Numbered from the stretch's first letter, positions 29,236 to 44,529 are shown. The stretch: DNA of 64,000 nucleotides from Eledone cirrhosa (GCA_964016885.1 OZ024740.1:280364001-280428000); one strand, 5' to 3'. A program made the numbers and translations. The notes: generated by a model from the sequence alone, not told the origin.

Positions 29236-30632
29236 ACACAAATACATAAAAAAGAAAACCAAACAAAGCCCAGAAAACTACAGCGCAAGTTTTCTGTTAT
29301 CAATACCGGGAAACGTGATTAGTAGAACCCTCCTCGACAGAATGACATGTAAAAGCGAATACGCAACGGAAAGAGTGAGTTCGGTTCCAGATCCAGTAGA
29401 GGGATTATTGGTGACATTTCTTTCGTCAAGCAGATAATAGGAAAAGCAAAAGAACATCCTGTGCTTCAGTTACTTTAAAAATGTCTTTAACATGACCCAG
29501 CAGAAGTACTTATGGCGTAAACTATAGAGACTCCATACAACAATACCGAATGTGCCATGGTTAAGGATTGTCAGCTGACGGATTGTTATGATGTATGCGC
29601 ATGTCCAAGGAAAGGATGCTAGCTATTTCCTCACCTTTTCCAATATTTTTCTGGTTTGACAGGAAAACAAGAACTGAAATATTTCGATAAAAAAAACAAA
29701 AAAAAAAACTGGCATTCACTGTCTCCATAGATATTAGATACGCTGAAGACACGATTCTAACATACGCAATTTATTTTTTTATATTGAAAATATCCACTAT
29801 AAATGTTAGATGAAGATGAAGTATGAAAATATAAATGGGATGAAGATCCTATTAAATAACAAGGAAATGATCTCTGGGTGGTACCAAAGTGAAATTCATT
29901 ACAGAATTTGTATTTGTTGCTAATATTTATTGCTAATTTAGTATAAGATTAATAAGAAAACGGAAAAGAATGGTTTCACTGACATCCACAAAGTCTGAAA
30001 CGCATCCACAGACTAAGAAACACGATCTGGAACAGGAGAGTTATCAGTTAGTGATTCAAAGTTAGACTGAACAACGCCCTTAATTTCCCAATCGCAATAT
30101 ACATCTTGAAACATTTGACATGAAAATCTGAAGATACACGTAGAATAGAAATTGTTGACACTCGGTCCTTACGGTCAATGCTAGGGATACTATTACAGCA
30201 CAAAACCTAGAAGTACGTCCATATGAAAATCACTTCTTGTAGAATGTAATAAGAAGGGTGAGAGGGAAATGGTACGGCCATGTAATGACACCTTATAACT
30301 ACGAAACGTCGACGTTCCACCAAGACATCATAGACCCGAGACAACATAACAAACCGCTTGAGGTGAACCTGTTTGATTCGTGAAGGCACCTGATTTTAGC
30401 TCGCATTAGAATACTCAATCAAAGTGGATGACCATAGTCGACTTGATAAGGGAAAGGACGGAAGGCAAAGGAAGCCAAGGGAATGGACTGGAAGCAAAGG
30501 GAAGTAAGGAAAGGACTGAGTGACGAAGATGAAACAAAAAGATGAAACAAAAAAGAAACGTATACATTGGAAATACAGAATATCTACATTTTTATTCAAC
30601 AGCAAACACAAGCTATTTCAATGTAATTTTAC

Positions 30633-30772
<140 letters not shown>

Positions 30773-30879
30773 TATACATATATATAAAGAAGATGAAAGA
30801 AAACTTACCTCAACATTTAATTTTAAATCTTTAATTTTTAGTTTTTAATTCTTATTAATTCTCATTAATTGTAATACTC

Positions 30880-30927
30880 AACATTTGATAAGATGTATTT
30901 TACTAATACATCGAAATCGGTTATATT
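30880..30927 (+). ncRNA. Hammerhead with U3:A8 core
   Basis: aacat TTGATAA gatgtatt-ttact-aatacatc GAAA tcgg TT atatt; perfect 8-bp stem II; downstream ~30925-31060 homologous to ~1155-1290. Confidence 0.7.
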
Positions 30928-31062
30928 TTATATACATTATAAAACTCTTTTTAAAAATAATTGTCCCTCTCATTTTTTCAATAATGTCACTTTCACGAAT
31001 CAAAGAAAGGAAAAAGAAAAAAAACAGACCCTTAAATATATTTTCCATGCTATTTCTAATCT

Positions 31063-31893
<831 letters not shown>

Positions 31894-34334
31894 TTAACAT
31901 TTCAAATACAAACCTCTCAGCCCAACAAGTAAAAATTCTCTCCAAAGGTCTGAAATTCACACCAACACCACAATATCCTAACCCCAACGAGATAAATGAC
32001 GATATCTCACACTTCTGTAGAAAATTACGTCTCACAGAGGAATTCTTTGACAAGGAGAATAATGACGAATCAATTGTACGGAATAAAAGCAGCTACAACC
32101 CAACAAAAGATAGAAACAGAGTTCTGGACAAATTTTGTGACCACATAGCTACCTTCCCATACCATGAACTACCGCAACCTAAACCCAAACCCAACACAAG
32201 TCGAAGGGAATGGGAGATTATCCATGAACTAAAAAACAATACGGACATTGTAATTAAGGAAGCGGACAAGGGAAGTACAGTTGTCATTATGGAGGTTGAA
32301 AAATATAAAAATTCTATGTTCTCTCTCTTACAAAATACTAATTACTATGAAAGAGTAAAAAACTACCAGCAATCAAAAATAATGACCAAATTAAACACAC
32401 TGATTTATCGATACCAGGAAGACCTAACTAAAAAGGAACGCGATTATTTAACAAATTTTGAATACAAAACCAGCAACCTTTACGGACTTCCGAAGATCCA
32501 CAAATGTAAAATAATCAACGATGCCTGTAAACAATCCACCTCAGCCTGCGTGAACACACAATACCCCACAGACCTTAAATTAAGACCAATTGTAGCGGGC
32601 CCACAATGTGAAACACACAGACTGAGCAACTTTATAGACATACTACTGAAACCAATACTGAAACACATACCAAGCCTTGTAAGAGACGATCTGGACCTCT
32701 TAAACCACCTCCCCAAACATGTCAACAACGACACTATTATTGTGTCTTTCGATGTAGTGAATCTCTACACAACGATCCCACACCAATACGGACTAGAAGC
32801 AATAGGATTCTGGCTAGAGAAATATCCCAATGAGATACCTGACAGAATAGAAAAAAGCTTCATCACCGAGGGATTAAAATTCATCCTACAGAACAACTTT
32901 TTTGATTTCGATGGCAATACTTACAAGCAAATATCGGGGACTGCGATGGGCACAAAAGCCGCTCCAACTTATGCCAACTTAGTCATGGCATACTTAGAAG
33001 TCCAGATATATGAACAGTCCAAATCAAAATACGGATTGAACTTCCACAAATATTTATCAGAGAATTGGAAACGCTACTTGGATGATTGCCTCATTCTTTG
33101 GTCCCACACACTCGACCAACTGAAGGATTTCAAAAACTTAATAAACGGCATCAATAACCACATCCAATTCACAATGGAATACAGCCAAGATCAACTCCCA
33201 TTTCTGGACATCTTAATCACAAAAAAAGACACAAATATCGAAACTGACATACACTACAAACCAACAGATTCCAAACAATATCTGCTATTCACCTCCAACC
33301 ATCCAAAGCACACGAAGACGAACATTCCTTTTAACCTAGCAAGAAGAATTTGCACAATTGTCTCCAATTATGAAACGCGAAATAAAAGACTTCAAGAATT
33401 AAAGGAAATTCTACTTGAGAGAGAGTACCCACTATTACTAATAAATAATGGAATAGAAAGGGCTAAAGCAATAGGCATTGATGAATTACGGAAACAGAAA
33501 CAAATTCAAGGTACGTCCAATATTCTATCATATATCTCAACACACAACCCAAGAAATGCGGAAGCTTACAACACTATTCACAATAACATCCCACTACTAA
33601 AACAAAACCCAAGAATGAAAAAAGCCCTTGAAACACACAAAATAATCAAAAGCAAAAGACAACCAAAATCACTGAAAACATTACTCACCAATGCCAAATT
33701 ACCTACCAAAAACCCACAACCAAGTATCAAAAAATGTGGTCGCTCTAATTGTGGAACCTGCACTCACCTCATTGAAGGCAACACGTATACATTTAAATCA
33801 GGACAAAATTTTACTGTAAAAAATCACTTCACTTGCTCATCAAAAAATCTAATTTATGCCATTAAATGTAAAGGATGCAATGAAGATTATATAGGACAAA
33901 CTAAACTCACACTCAGAAACAGAATGACAGTTCATCGCCAACAATTACGAGATCCAACCACGAGACAGATACCACTAAGTGCACATCTAGACATTTGCAC
34001 AAGTAATAAGACACCCAAATTCCAAGTCTTCCCATTTTACCTTTGCGCTAACAATACAACAGAACAAATGCGAATAAATAAGGAAAATATGTTTATTCAA
34101 AAATATAGACCAACATTAAATAAGGTTTAATATACATTATGTCAACACCACAATATGACATACACACACATAACACCTTCTACTTTAGAAAATAAAAACC
34201 CGAACTAAATAAACCTTAACATACGTTTTCACTGGCAATACAACAGCAAACACGAAAAAGTCAGGAAAATATGTTCATTCAAAAATATTCCTACTAAAGG
34301 AATCACTTTCCTACACACACACATGCACACACAC

Positions 34335-34465
<131 letters not shown>

Positions 34466-34722
34466 TCTTCATCTTAACATGCTAACCATACTCCCACACA
34501 CATAACACCCATACACACACATAACAACCCCCACACCTACAACTCCCTCCCCATTTCTACTAATAGAACCACTTTCCTACACACATATATATATACACAC
34601 ACACAAAATATATATTCTCTCCATCTTAACATACTCGCACACACACACATAACACCCATATACACACACACACAACTCCCTCCCCCATCTCTACTAATAG
34701 AATCATCTTCCAATACACACAT

Positions 34723-34757
<35 letters not shown>

Positions 34758-35267
34758 AGCACACAAATAAACACATATCTTCAGTCTCAATAGAAAATCT
34801 GAACTCTGACACCTGAACTCTGACAGCTGGCCATATTCACTGAACCAGAACATTTCTCCCAATCCCTTTTCCCTTGACCACTATCTCTCCATTGTCATAA
34901 CATTCACTATAAAGACTACAGAATAGTTTTCCAAATAAGGGCGCAAAAATGTAATGAAAACTTGTTCACGTGACAGCCAAATTTCATTTACAACCAACCA
35001 AAAAAAAGCCTTCGTGAGCCTCATTTTTTCAAGTAAAAAGAAATTCAAACACTCATATATGAAAAAACAACCTGTGACAACCCCCCCTCTCTTATTTGAA
35101 GAACTATTGTAACGCGAACTGGCGCGAAATTTATTATAATTATTGACAAACCAATCAAATTACTTCTCGAAAAACCTGGCTTTCGAGCCACTTTTTCCAT
35201 ATAAAACAAGTAACATTTAGAGACCAACCAGATGTGAGAAAAACCACAGACCCTCCATCTCAACTCA

Positions 35268-35305
35268 CCTTTTGAAAAGCAGAAGAACTGCGAAACCGGT
35301 AAAGG
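35268..35305 (+). ncRNA. Minimal hammerhead with U3:A8 core in PLE2 3' terminus
   Basis: cctt TTGAAAA gcag-aagaa-ctgc GAAA ccgg TA aagg; all three stems perfect. Confidence 0.8.
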
Positions 35306-35398
35306 AACCAAATAAATATATATATTTAAAAAAAAAATAAGACTTCAGTTGCATTTTCGATTTCATCTCTTTTTCTTTATATATATATATATATATAT

Positions 35399-36292
35399 AG
35401 CATTTGTAGTTTTTCCAAATTGAAGGATGAGTATTTAAACTTTATTTTATTCTGAGTTAAGACTCTATTGGTTTTTTTCCCTGGATTTCACAAAATCTGT
35501 GGATAAAATCTCTGTCTTGACTTTTTTTGAATTGAGTTTGAATTATTTTCCCATATCTTACGTTAATTATTTTCCATTTTGACGTTATAGTCACTTATAT
35601 ATTATGAAATACTGTTGGCTTCTTGCTCACATTAATTTCTCTATTTTCATTTATATTTATACTCGGAATTTTTCCTAGAGTGCTTAAAATTATTTGTGAC
35701 TAATCCCGGTCTTTAAAAAAAAAACCGCGATAATATTGCTATTTTACTGAACTCCTTACATTTTATAGATTTTTTTCGGAATGTTTTTGACTGCTGTTTC
35801 TTGTAAACAGACATTCGTCTCATTCTGACGTCACCAACCATGTTTCTCCATGTGTGTTTATTTTCAAAATTTCGTACGAGGTGAACTAGCCTGCTTTTAA
35901 ATTCCCCATTTGGCATATTTGGCAGTGGTAATTTTGGTTATCGTGTTGAGCTCTACTGAGGAACGATTCCAACCGTGACTAATCCCACTGAAAAGTTTTG
36001 TGAAATAGTCTTTTTAAGACTATATAGAGCATTTGTAGTTTTTCCAAATTGAAGGATGAGTATTTAAACTTTATTTTATTCTGAGTTAAGACTCTATTGG
36101 TTTTTTTCCCTGGATTTCACAAAATCTGTGGATAAAATCTGTGTCTTGAATTTTTTTTTGAATTGAGTTTGAATTATTTTCCCATATCTTACGTTAATTA
36201 TTTTCCATTTTGACGTTATAGTCACTTATATATTATGAAATACTGTTGGCTTCTTGCTCACATTAATTTCTCTATTTTCATTTATATTTATA
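35399..36292 (+). mobile_element. Retrozyme-like non-coding element: ~629-bp unit with ~263-bp terminal direct repeat
   Basis: 35399-35661 is repeated at 36028-36292; HHR at 35950-36030. Confidence 0.7.
35950..36030 (+). ncRNA. Type-I hammerhead with stable stem III
   Basis: gctcta CTGAGGA acga...ttgt GAAA tagtctt-ttt-aagacta TA tagagc. Confidence 0.85.
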
Positions 36293-36332
36293 TAATTACT
36301 CTTATTCGATATAAAACTCATGAATACACACA

Positions 36333-36442
<110 letters not shown>

Positions 36443-36469
36443 AATATATACAATTTTGAGTTGGCTACG

Positions 36470-36827
36470 TTCTCGGTGGAAAGGTTGTAATGGAAGGAAA
36501 TTGTCGTCTCTTATTGAGGCCATTTGTAGCTTATGAATTAAGGAGCGACGTTCTTTCTCCACAAATCCAAGTTCCGTCATACTTTGGTCCAAGAGGGTTG
36601 GTATATAACATGTAGCTCCACTAATGATGGGTATGAAGCTGAACGTGTATCTTTGATACTGGATCTGAAAACTCCTCATCAATGGTTCGTAGATTTACTT
36701 CTTTCCTGCATTTTCTTACAACATTGTCATCAAGTGGGCAGCTGGCTTCTACAACAGAGCCTGTTTTAATGTTTGGTCCCAGACAACAATATCAGGCCAA
36801 CTGTGCTTTAATTTGGTGGCGTTTTTC
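36470..36827 (-). mobile_element. R4/Dong-like LINE endonuclease fragment (diverged copy)
   Basis: VVEASCPLDDNV..K, MRSFQIQYQRYTFSFIPIISGA..LGF..LIHKLQ. Confidence 0.75.
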
Positions 36828-36842
36828 ATGTATGTATGTATG

Positions 36843-39800
36843 TTCTTCTGGTTTTATAATTTCACAAAGTTTTACCAATAGTGAGAGAGAGTCGGTTTCT
36901 AACATAGACACAAGACTTTCTCATTGGAATTTACACAACATCAACTAGGTAGATATGTATGTATGCATGCATGTGTAGATATGGATGTTATTGTATGTGT
37001 AGATGTGTATGTTTTGAGTTGTATGTGTGCATGTATATATGCTTTGTATCTGTACATGTGTATATGCAGTTATTAGATGCAAAATTTTTGGAATGTTTTA
37101 CATGTTTTTCATCAATGGAGTGTACTTGTAATTTCCTAACTAGTTGTGTTCTTTCTGTTCCTGTGAAGCCTAGCTTCTCAAGATTTGTATTGAGGCAGTT
37201 ACGAACACATCCCAGTGCCCCAATAATCACAGGCATACATCTGAAGGTGAAATCAGTGTGGAGTATCTGCAGATTTCTCATTAGTTCTGCATAAATGTTC
37301 TCCTTTTCACTAATCTTTGATATTATATTGGCATCTGCTGGGCAGCTAATTTCCATTATTGTGCATGCTTTCTTCTCCCTGTCCCATATCATAATATCTG
37401 GTCTGTTATGCCTGCATTTTATTGGGGTTTTTACTGGAACATTCCACCAGTACTCTTTCATATTATGTACATGGATGTCTTCCACATTGCTGTAGCTTTT
37501 AATGTGTTTATTATCGGGGCTATCTTTTTTACGAACCGCATTGTACAGTGTTTTGGCCACTACATCATGCCTCATAGGTAGATAGTACCGCGATGACATC
37601 TTTGGACAGCTGCTGATGACATGGGTGATATCCTCGATGTTAGTTCTGCAGAGTCTGCACTTGTTATCACATCTAGGTGTTTTGCCTGCATCCCTATCTC
37701 TTTTGTGAATCAGGTATTTCGTGCTAATCTCCTGTTCCTGGATTGTAAAAGTGTATCCTTCAAAGTGGGAGCCAATATAGCGGTTGTTGGACCAAGATAG
37801 ACTACTTTCCTTATCTATATTACTCTCACTCTGGAGCTTCCTGGCAACATATCCATGCATGATTTTTTTGCTGATAGGAATGCAGTTTTTCATCCATGGA
37901 TTCACTGCGATACTGCTGAGTGACATCCCTGGGTGTGAGTTTTTGATTATCACACAGGGAATATCTCTCGAGGAGTTCCTTCCCAACTCTCATGATCTTA
38001 TCTGTTTCATGCAGATAGACTTGCTCGAGAAACGGGCTCCTACGCTTCGAGGTTCGTAGATGTTGTCGGAGAGATATGATGCGACATTCAAATGTTGTCT
38101 GGACTGATGTTAGGCCTCTGCCTCCCTGCTTACGTTTCAAGTAAAGGCGGTCTATGTCACTGTTGATGTGGAAGTTTCCGGTGTTGTTCAGTATTTTTCG
38201 AGTTCTAACATCAACTGCTCGGATTTCGTCTATCGTCCAATTGAGTATTCCAAACGTTGGTGTTAGGACAGGCACGCCAAACACATTGTGAGCCACTGAT
38301 TTGTTTTGCGCAGAGAGTTCCGATGACCAGATCTTTCTTAATCGGGTATAGTATTCCTTGGTTACGCGTTCTTTATTACAGATACCATTATAGGATATGT
38401 TCTCATCTATCCCCAGGTATCTGTAGCAGTCCTCATCAGATATCGGTGAAACAGTTAGGCCATTGATGACAATTAGGCCATTGCTAGATTGGGTTGTTGT
38501 TTTTCCCCGCTTTACAGTCATGTATGAGCATTTATCTTGGCCAAATTCCATTCGTTATAACCAGGTCAAGATTTTTCTTCATCCCATACATGTTCTTGGC
38601 ATAGAGTTTCAGATCGTCCACAAAGAAATTATGGGTTAGGTTCGTATTTTTGTTCTCCTGTGAGCCAATGATGTATCCCTCACATTTCTTGAGCAGAAAG
38701 GACAAGGGGTTTAATGACAAGATGAATAATATCACAGCGAGACTGTCCCCCTGAAATATACCCCTGCAATATTTTATTTTATCAGTGAAAATAGAGTCCT
38801 CCCTCTCTGTCTTTAACCTTAGGATAGTAGCCCAAGAAGAAGACAGCCTCTCTATGGCCCTGACAATAATGTCTGGGACTTTAGCAAGTTGGAGGGCCTC
38901 TATCATCCAAGAGTGGGGAACAGAATCAAAAGCTTTCCTGTAGTCCAGCCAGACTGTAGTCATATTCCTCCTAAGTTGTCGCACCTCCGACATCGCAGTT
39001 TTGTTGATTAGGAATTGTTCAGCACATCCCCAAACCCCTTTCTTTCCAGCTGCTTGTTCATCTGTGATGATGTTATTATTTTCACAGTGATCTTGGAGGA
39101 ATAGGTTCAGGCAGGTTGTATACATCTTATACATCAGGTTCTGGCATGCAATGGGTCGGTAGTTTTTTACCAAGTGGGTGTCTTTGTTCTTGGGGATCAG
39201 TAATGTTTGTGCTAATATCAACTATTCTGGTATAAGTGTATCTCCCTTAAGAACTTGTTGGTAGAGGTCAGTAACATACCTCCGATAGAATATCAGTTTT
39301 TTGTACCAGTAGCCGACAATCATGTCTCTTCCTGGTGCTTTCTTATCTTGGAGTTTTCCTATCACAGTCTCAAGGGTACCCTCACTTATTTCGTATGTTT
39401 TTGTTGTAGTGTAGGAGCAATAGTTCTTTCGGATTTTTCTTAGCCACACTGCATCTTGGTTGAAATTCTTCTTTTCACCTCATATTTTGCTCCAAAAGGA
39501 ATCTATGTCTTTCTGGGATGGGGCCTCAGTGACACTTATTATTTTGCCCTTCATACCTCTATAGACTGATGTTTGGTTTCGTCTGAATCTTTTATTAAGC
39601 ACTTTTCCCTCATCTACCTTCTTCAGGTATCGGCGTTTTTCGCTAACAGCTCTCAATTCTTGTTTGAGGGTGATCAGCTTATATTGGAGAGTTCTGGTTC
39701 TACTGTTACCAAACATCGTCTCTATTTTATTTTTCACTTTTTGTTGGTGAGGAGTGAGGTTTTTTTGTGTTGTTTGCATGTAAGGAGCATTGTCACATAT

Positions 39801-40822
39801 CCTATGTTTTTTCGTAGGTCAGCAATCTTTTTTTCTATTTTAGTTATATATGATGGTATTTTTGGTGGTGTTTTTTTCTTGTTAATATCTCTGCTATCAC
39901 CAAGATAATGCTTCACTGTCATTGCTAAGGCATATAAACAGGCGTTGATTTGCCAAAATATTGGGGTTTTTATCCGTCGTAAATATTCATCCCCTATTTC
40001 GTCAATAACACGTAATATTTCATTATTTGTTTTTTTATTCAACATTGTCGTTTTAACACGTTCAGCCAGAGAGATATTTATACATGAGTTAATTTCTCTC
40101 TGGAAGATTTCATTGAGGGAAATTTTCAATTGTTTATACTTTTGATTATCATTATCGATAGTGTTTTCCCCAGCATTCGAGGTAGACTTAGATGGTACAG
40201 GTGGTGTCAAGTTTCTTACAGGCATAGTTGTTTCAAGACGCTGTTCGACCTGGCTGCTAGGAAGTCTACTAGCATGGCGACCTGTAGCACGTGTTGCTGA
40301 TAACATGTTTGTTGTTGGGGACTTACAATTAATAATATTTATCTTATTTTTACGTTCAACAAACGTCGCTTGTTGGCGTAATTGTTTCGCTGTGAAATAA
40401 TTTAGCTCTGGGTGCATTTCGTCCCAGTGTAGCTTCATTCTATTCATATAGCCAATGGAGGAATTGTTTTTTGCCATTTTATAACAATTAAATAAATCAT
40501 TATTAAGTTCGCAACCCCAAGAGAAATGCGATTTATAATTTCGGTTTCTTCTGTAGCTACAACTGAATAAAGTTTGATTACCTTCTTTGTTATTTGTCTT
40601 CGATACTTCCTTAATTTTCTTGTTGATTGTGTTATCAGCCATGCTGTTTGTAGCAAATCCTTGTAAAATGAATTATGTATTTAGTCGGATATCTCTACGA
40701 AATCGAATAAAAGGTGTCTTCAGAAGGGATAGTTAGAAGAATAACCAGTTATTCAACCTGGCTGTAGTTGTGGCATTACTGTCGGAGATAGTATCCATCT
40801 TAAATTTAATAATCGCGTTGAC
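36843..40822 (-). mobile_element. Near-full-length R4/Dong-like non-LTR retrotransposon (RT + CCHC + restriction-like endonuclease), several frameshifts
   Basis: KAPGRD, YRPIAC, WLDYRKAFDSVPH, GIFQGDSL, FVDDLK, YRYLG, GGRGL, CRLC..H..SSC..RHD, HNRPDIMIWD..EISCP; bounded by (TATG)n on both sides. Confidence 0.9.
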
Positions 40823-41002
40823 TGTATGTATGTATGTATGTATGTATGTATGTATGTATGTATGTATGTATGTATGTATGTATGTATGTATGTATGTATG
40901 TATGTATGTATGTATGTATGTATGTATGCATGCATGCATGCATGCATGTATGTATGTATGTATGTATGTATGTATGTATGTATGTATGTATGTATGTATG
41001 TA

Positions 41003-41033
<31 letters not shown>

Positions 41034-41160
41034 ATGTATGTATGTATGTATGTATGTGTGTATGTATGTATACATGTATGTATGTATGTATGTATGTATG
41101 TATGTATGTATGTATGTATGTATGTGTGTATGTATGTATGTATACATGTATGTATGTATG
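40823..41160. repeat. (TATG)n microsatellite
   Basis: Direct reading. Confidence 0.95.
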
Positions 41161-41280
41161 TTCTTCTTGTTTTATAATTTCACAAATATTTGCCAATAGA
41201 GAGAGAACCGGTTTCTAACATAGATACAAGACTCTTTCATTGGAATGTACACAACATCAACTAGGTAGGTATGTCTGCAT
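41161..41280 (-). mobile_element. 3' UTR of another R4/Dong-like copy
   Basis: Homologous to 36843-36960; both run into (CATA)n on the minus strand. Confidence 0.75.
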
Positions 41281-42019
41281 GTATGCATGTATGCATGTGT
41301 GTGCATGTGGTATGTATGTATGTATGTATGTATATATGTATGTATGTATGTATGTGTGTATATGGATGTATGTATATATGTATGTATCTATGAATGTATG
41401 TATATGTATGTATGTATGTATGTTTGTATGTCTATCAGTCTGTCTGTTTGTACGTATGTATGTATTCATGTATGTATGCATGTGTTTGTTTGTACGCATA
41501 CTTGTATGTATGTGCATGGATGTGTATATTTATATAGGAGGGTAGTATATCTTTTTACTGAATTCAATGTAACACTTTGGAACTTCCTGCTTTTGATTCT
41601 GAATTTATGATTATGCTTAAGACTAGAATTTCATGGACGAGGCATGGTAACAAATTGACTGGTGAGACCCAACCCAAAATATACTACATACCAATTTTGG
41701 AATAGCCATACGTTTGTTTAAAGCAATATATTTTTAGATCAGGGTCGCAGGAAGTTAAATAGATAAAGTAGATTGACAACAAACAAACAAATGAATTTAA
41801 AATAAAAATGAATAATTATATAAATAAATTAAAAACCTTAGTAGAAGAGGGGGGAATGATATATTTTCTAAAACATATTTGTGTAGGCTCATTTTGACCT
41901 GTTTTCTTTTATGAATACATTTTTAATAATTTAATTTCAATTTTATTAGTTTGCGATAAAAAAAATAAAGGTGAATGACAAACGTATACTTATTAAATAT
42001 ATTTATGTTATAGTGTTAT

Positions 42020-42079
<60 letters not shown>

Positions 42080-42178
42080 ACATTATATATATATATATAT
42101 GTGTGTGTGTGTACATTATATATATATATATATATTGATATATATATAGATCTACATTATATTTATATGTATATAAAG

Positions 42179-42364
42179 GTTGGATTGGCAGTATTGGTAG
42201 AGGGTCGGACGCCATGCTTTGACGTATAGAGTTACGGCCCTTGCCATTCTGAGTTCAAATCCCGCCAAGGTTAACTTTGCCTTTCATCCTTACGGGGTCG
42301 ATAAAATAAAGTACCAGTAATGCACTGGGTAATTGCTGGCCTTGTGCCTAACGTAGAAACAATT
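42179..42364 (+). mobile_element. Nin-like tRNA-SINE copy
   Basis: Matches 23953-24134. Confidence 0.85.
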
Positions 42365-42592
42365 ATATTTATATGTATATATGTATTTAATATAGAAATG
42401 GCTTCTACAGGACTAGAACTGTTTCATTCGTATGAAATCATCCGGATTTCATCAATAAAACAGTTCTAGTCCCGTAGAAGCCATTTCTATATTAAATATA
42501 TATATAACCAAAGATTAATATGGTTCATTGATTACTCAGTAATTTTGCAATAGATTAAAAGCACTCTAAAGTGAAGTTTTCTGGAGTTATTA

Positions 42593-42877
42593 ATATTATT
42601 CAAAATATTAATAAATGAAGACATTCACATAATCAAAATATATGTTTTATTATATATATTTCGAAGGTACTGTGCTGTTTTTTCAGTACGTCCTCGTCAG
42701 ATAAAATACTGGAATTGAACCATCAAGACAGTTCAGGTATGTCATACATCAATTCATGTATTTTATCTGACGAGGACGTACTGAAAAAAAAACAGCACAG
42801 TACCTTCGAAATATATATAATAAAACATATATTTTGATTATGTGAATGTCTTCATTTATTAATATTTTGAATAATAT
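42593..42877. repeat. Inverted repeat (~117-bp arms, 48-nt spacer); each arm carries a hammerhead (42645-42706 -, 42761-42825 +)
   Basis: ttttat CTGACGA gga.gtactg...cagtac.ttc GAAA tatata TA ataaaa in both orientations. Confidence 0.85.
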
Positions 42878-42980
42878 ATCTATTTATATATATACACACG
42901 CATATATGTGTACGTATGTATTTATTTCGCCCCCCCCCTCTCTATATATTTATATATATGTATATATATATATGTATATA

Positions 42981-43119
<139 letters not shown>

Positions 43120-43146
43120 TATACATTCAAACACACACACACACAC

Positions 43147-43222
<76 letters not shown>

Positions 43223-43226
43223 TCAA

Positions 43227-43277
<51 letters not shown>

Positions 43278-43330
43278 TATTATTCAAAATATTGACAAAT
43301 GGAAGATATTAACATAATCAAAATATATGC

Positions 43331-43392
43331 TTTATTATATATATTTCAAAAGTACTGTGTTGATTTTTTTTAGTACGTCTTCATCAGATAAA
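43331..43392 (-). ncRNA. Hammerhead, TATATA-stem-III family
   Basis: tttat CTGATGA aga.gtact...agtac.ttt GAAA tatata TA ataaa. Confidence 0.65.
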
Positions 43393-43451
43393 ATATATGA
43401 TTTGATATATGACATACCGCTACGGTCTTGATTATTCAATTCCAGTATTGG

Positions 43452-43491
<40 letters not shown>

Positions 43492-43532
43492 GATATTAAC
43501 AAATGGAAACTATATTTATAAAACCATATTTA

Positions 43533-43593
43533 TTTCATTATATATTTTTCAAGGATACCAAGTTAAATTATGGTATGCCTTCATCAGACAAAA
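43533..43593 (-). ncRNA. Hammerhead, TATATA-stem-III subfamily B
   Basis: ttttgt CTGATGA aggcatacca...tggtatcctt GAAA aatata TA atgaaa. Confidence 0.6.
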
Positions 43594-43734
43594 TACAAAT
43601 ATATACCAGTTTTATAAATAAACATTGACGTACTCTTTTCAAAATGCGACCGTTAGTTTTGGGAGACATCGAGTGCTTTATATCAGTTATAAAAATATTT
43701 ACTTGTTGTATCCCAACAATTTAAATAGAACTTT

Positions 43735-43778
<44 letters not shown>

Positions 43779-43991
43779 AAAGTTCTATATGTATATATAT
43801 ATAGGTCTATAGGTGCAAGAAAATTACGTCTGTAGGCGTTATGCCGGGTGAGCACTCAATGCTCGCGCAGAGCAGAGTATAATAGTCTAAGAATAAACCA
43901 ACATTGACTCTTTGTTCCTTTATTCTTATACTATTTATATATATACATACACATGTATTTATACGTATACAAAAAGATCTATCTATCTATG

Positions 43992-44046
<55 letters not shown>

Positions 44047-44136
44047 TTTTATATTTTTTACACGACTGTATGTAAAATCCCCGGCATATCTTTGTATTGT
44101 CCCCTTTCTTGTTGCGCCCTTGTGGCTAATAAAAAA

Positions 44137-44203
<67 letters not shown>

Positions 44204-44496
44204 CATCCATCTATCTATCTATCTATCTATCACGTATATATATATATATGTATATATATATATACATACATATATGTATCTCTCTCTCTATATATATATA
44301 TGTGTGTGTGTGCATAATATATACACACATATATATATATATGTATATATATGTATATATATATATATAATATATATATTTATATATATATATACATATA
44401 TATATGCATATATATATATATGCATATATATATATATGTGTATATATGTATATATATATATATATATATACATATGTATATGTATATCTATCTATA

Positions 44497-44529
<33 letters not shown>

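Noticed and set aside
35713-35916. 67-aa basic minus-strand ORF in the retrozyme-like unit
   Set aside because: Short, no recognisable motif, antisense to the HHR; within chance expectation.
36829-41275. LTR-like direct repeats flanking the R4 element
   Set aside because: The repeats are diverged 3' UTRs of two tandem LINE copies; the ORF is non-LTR type.
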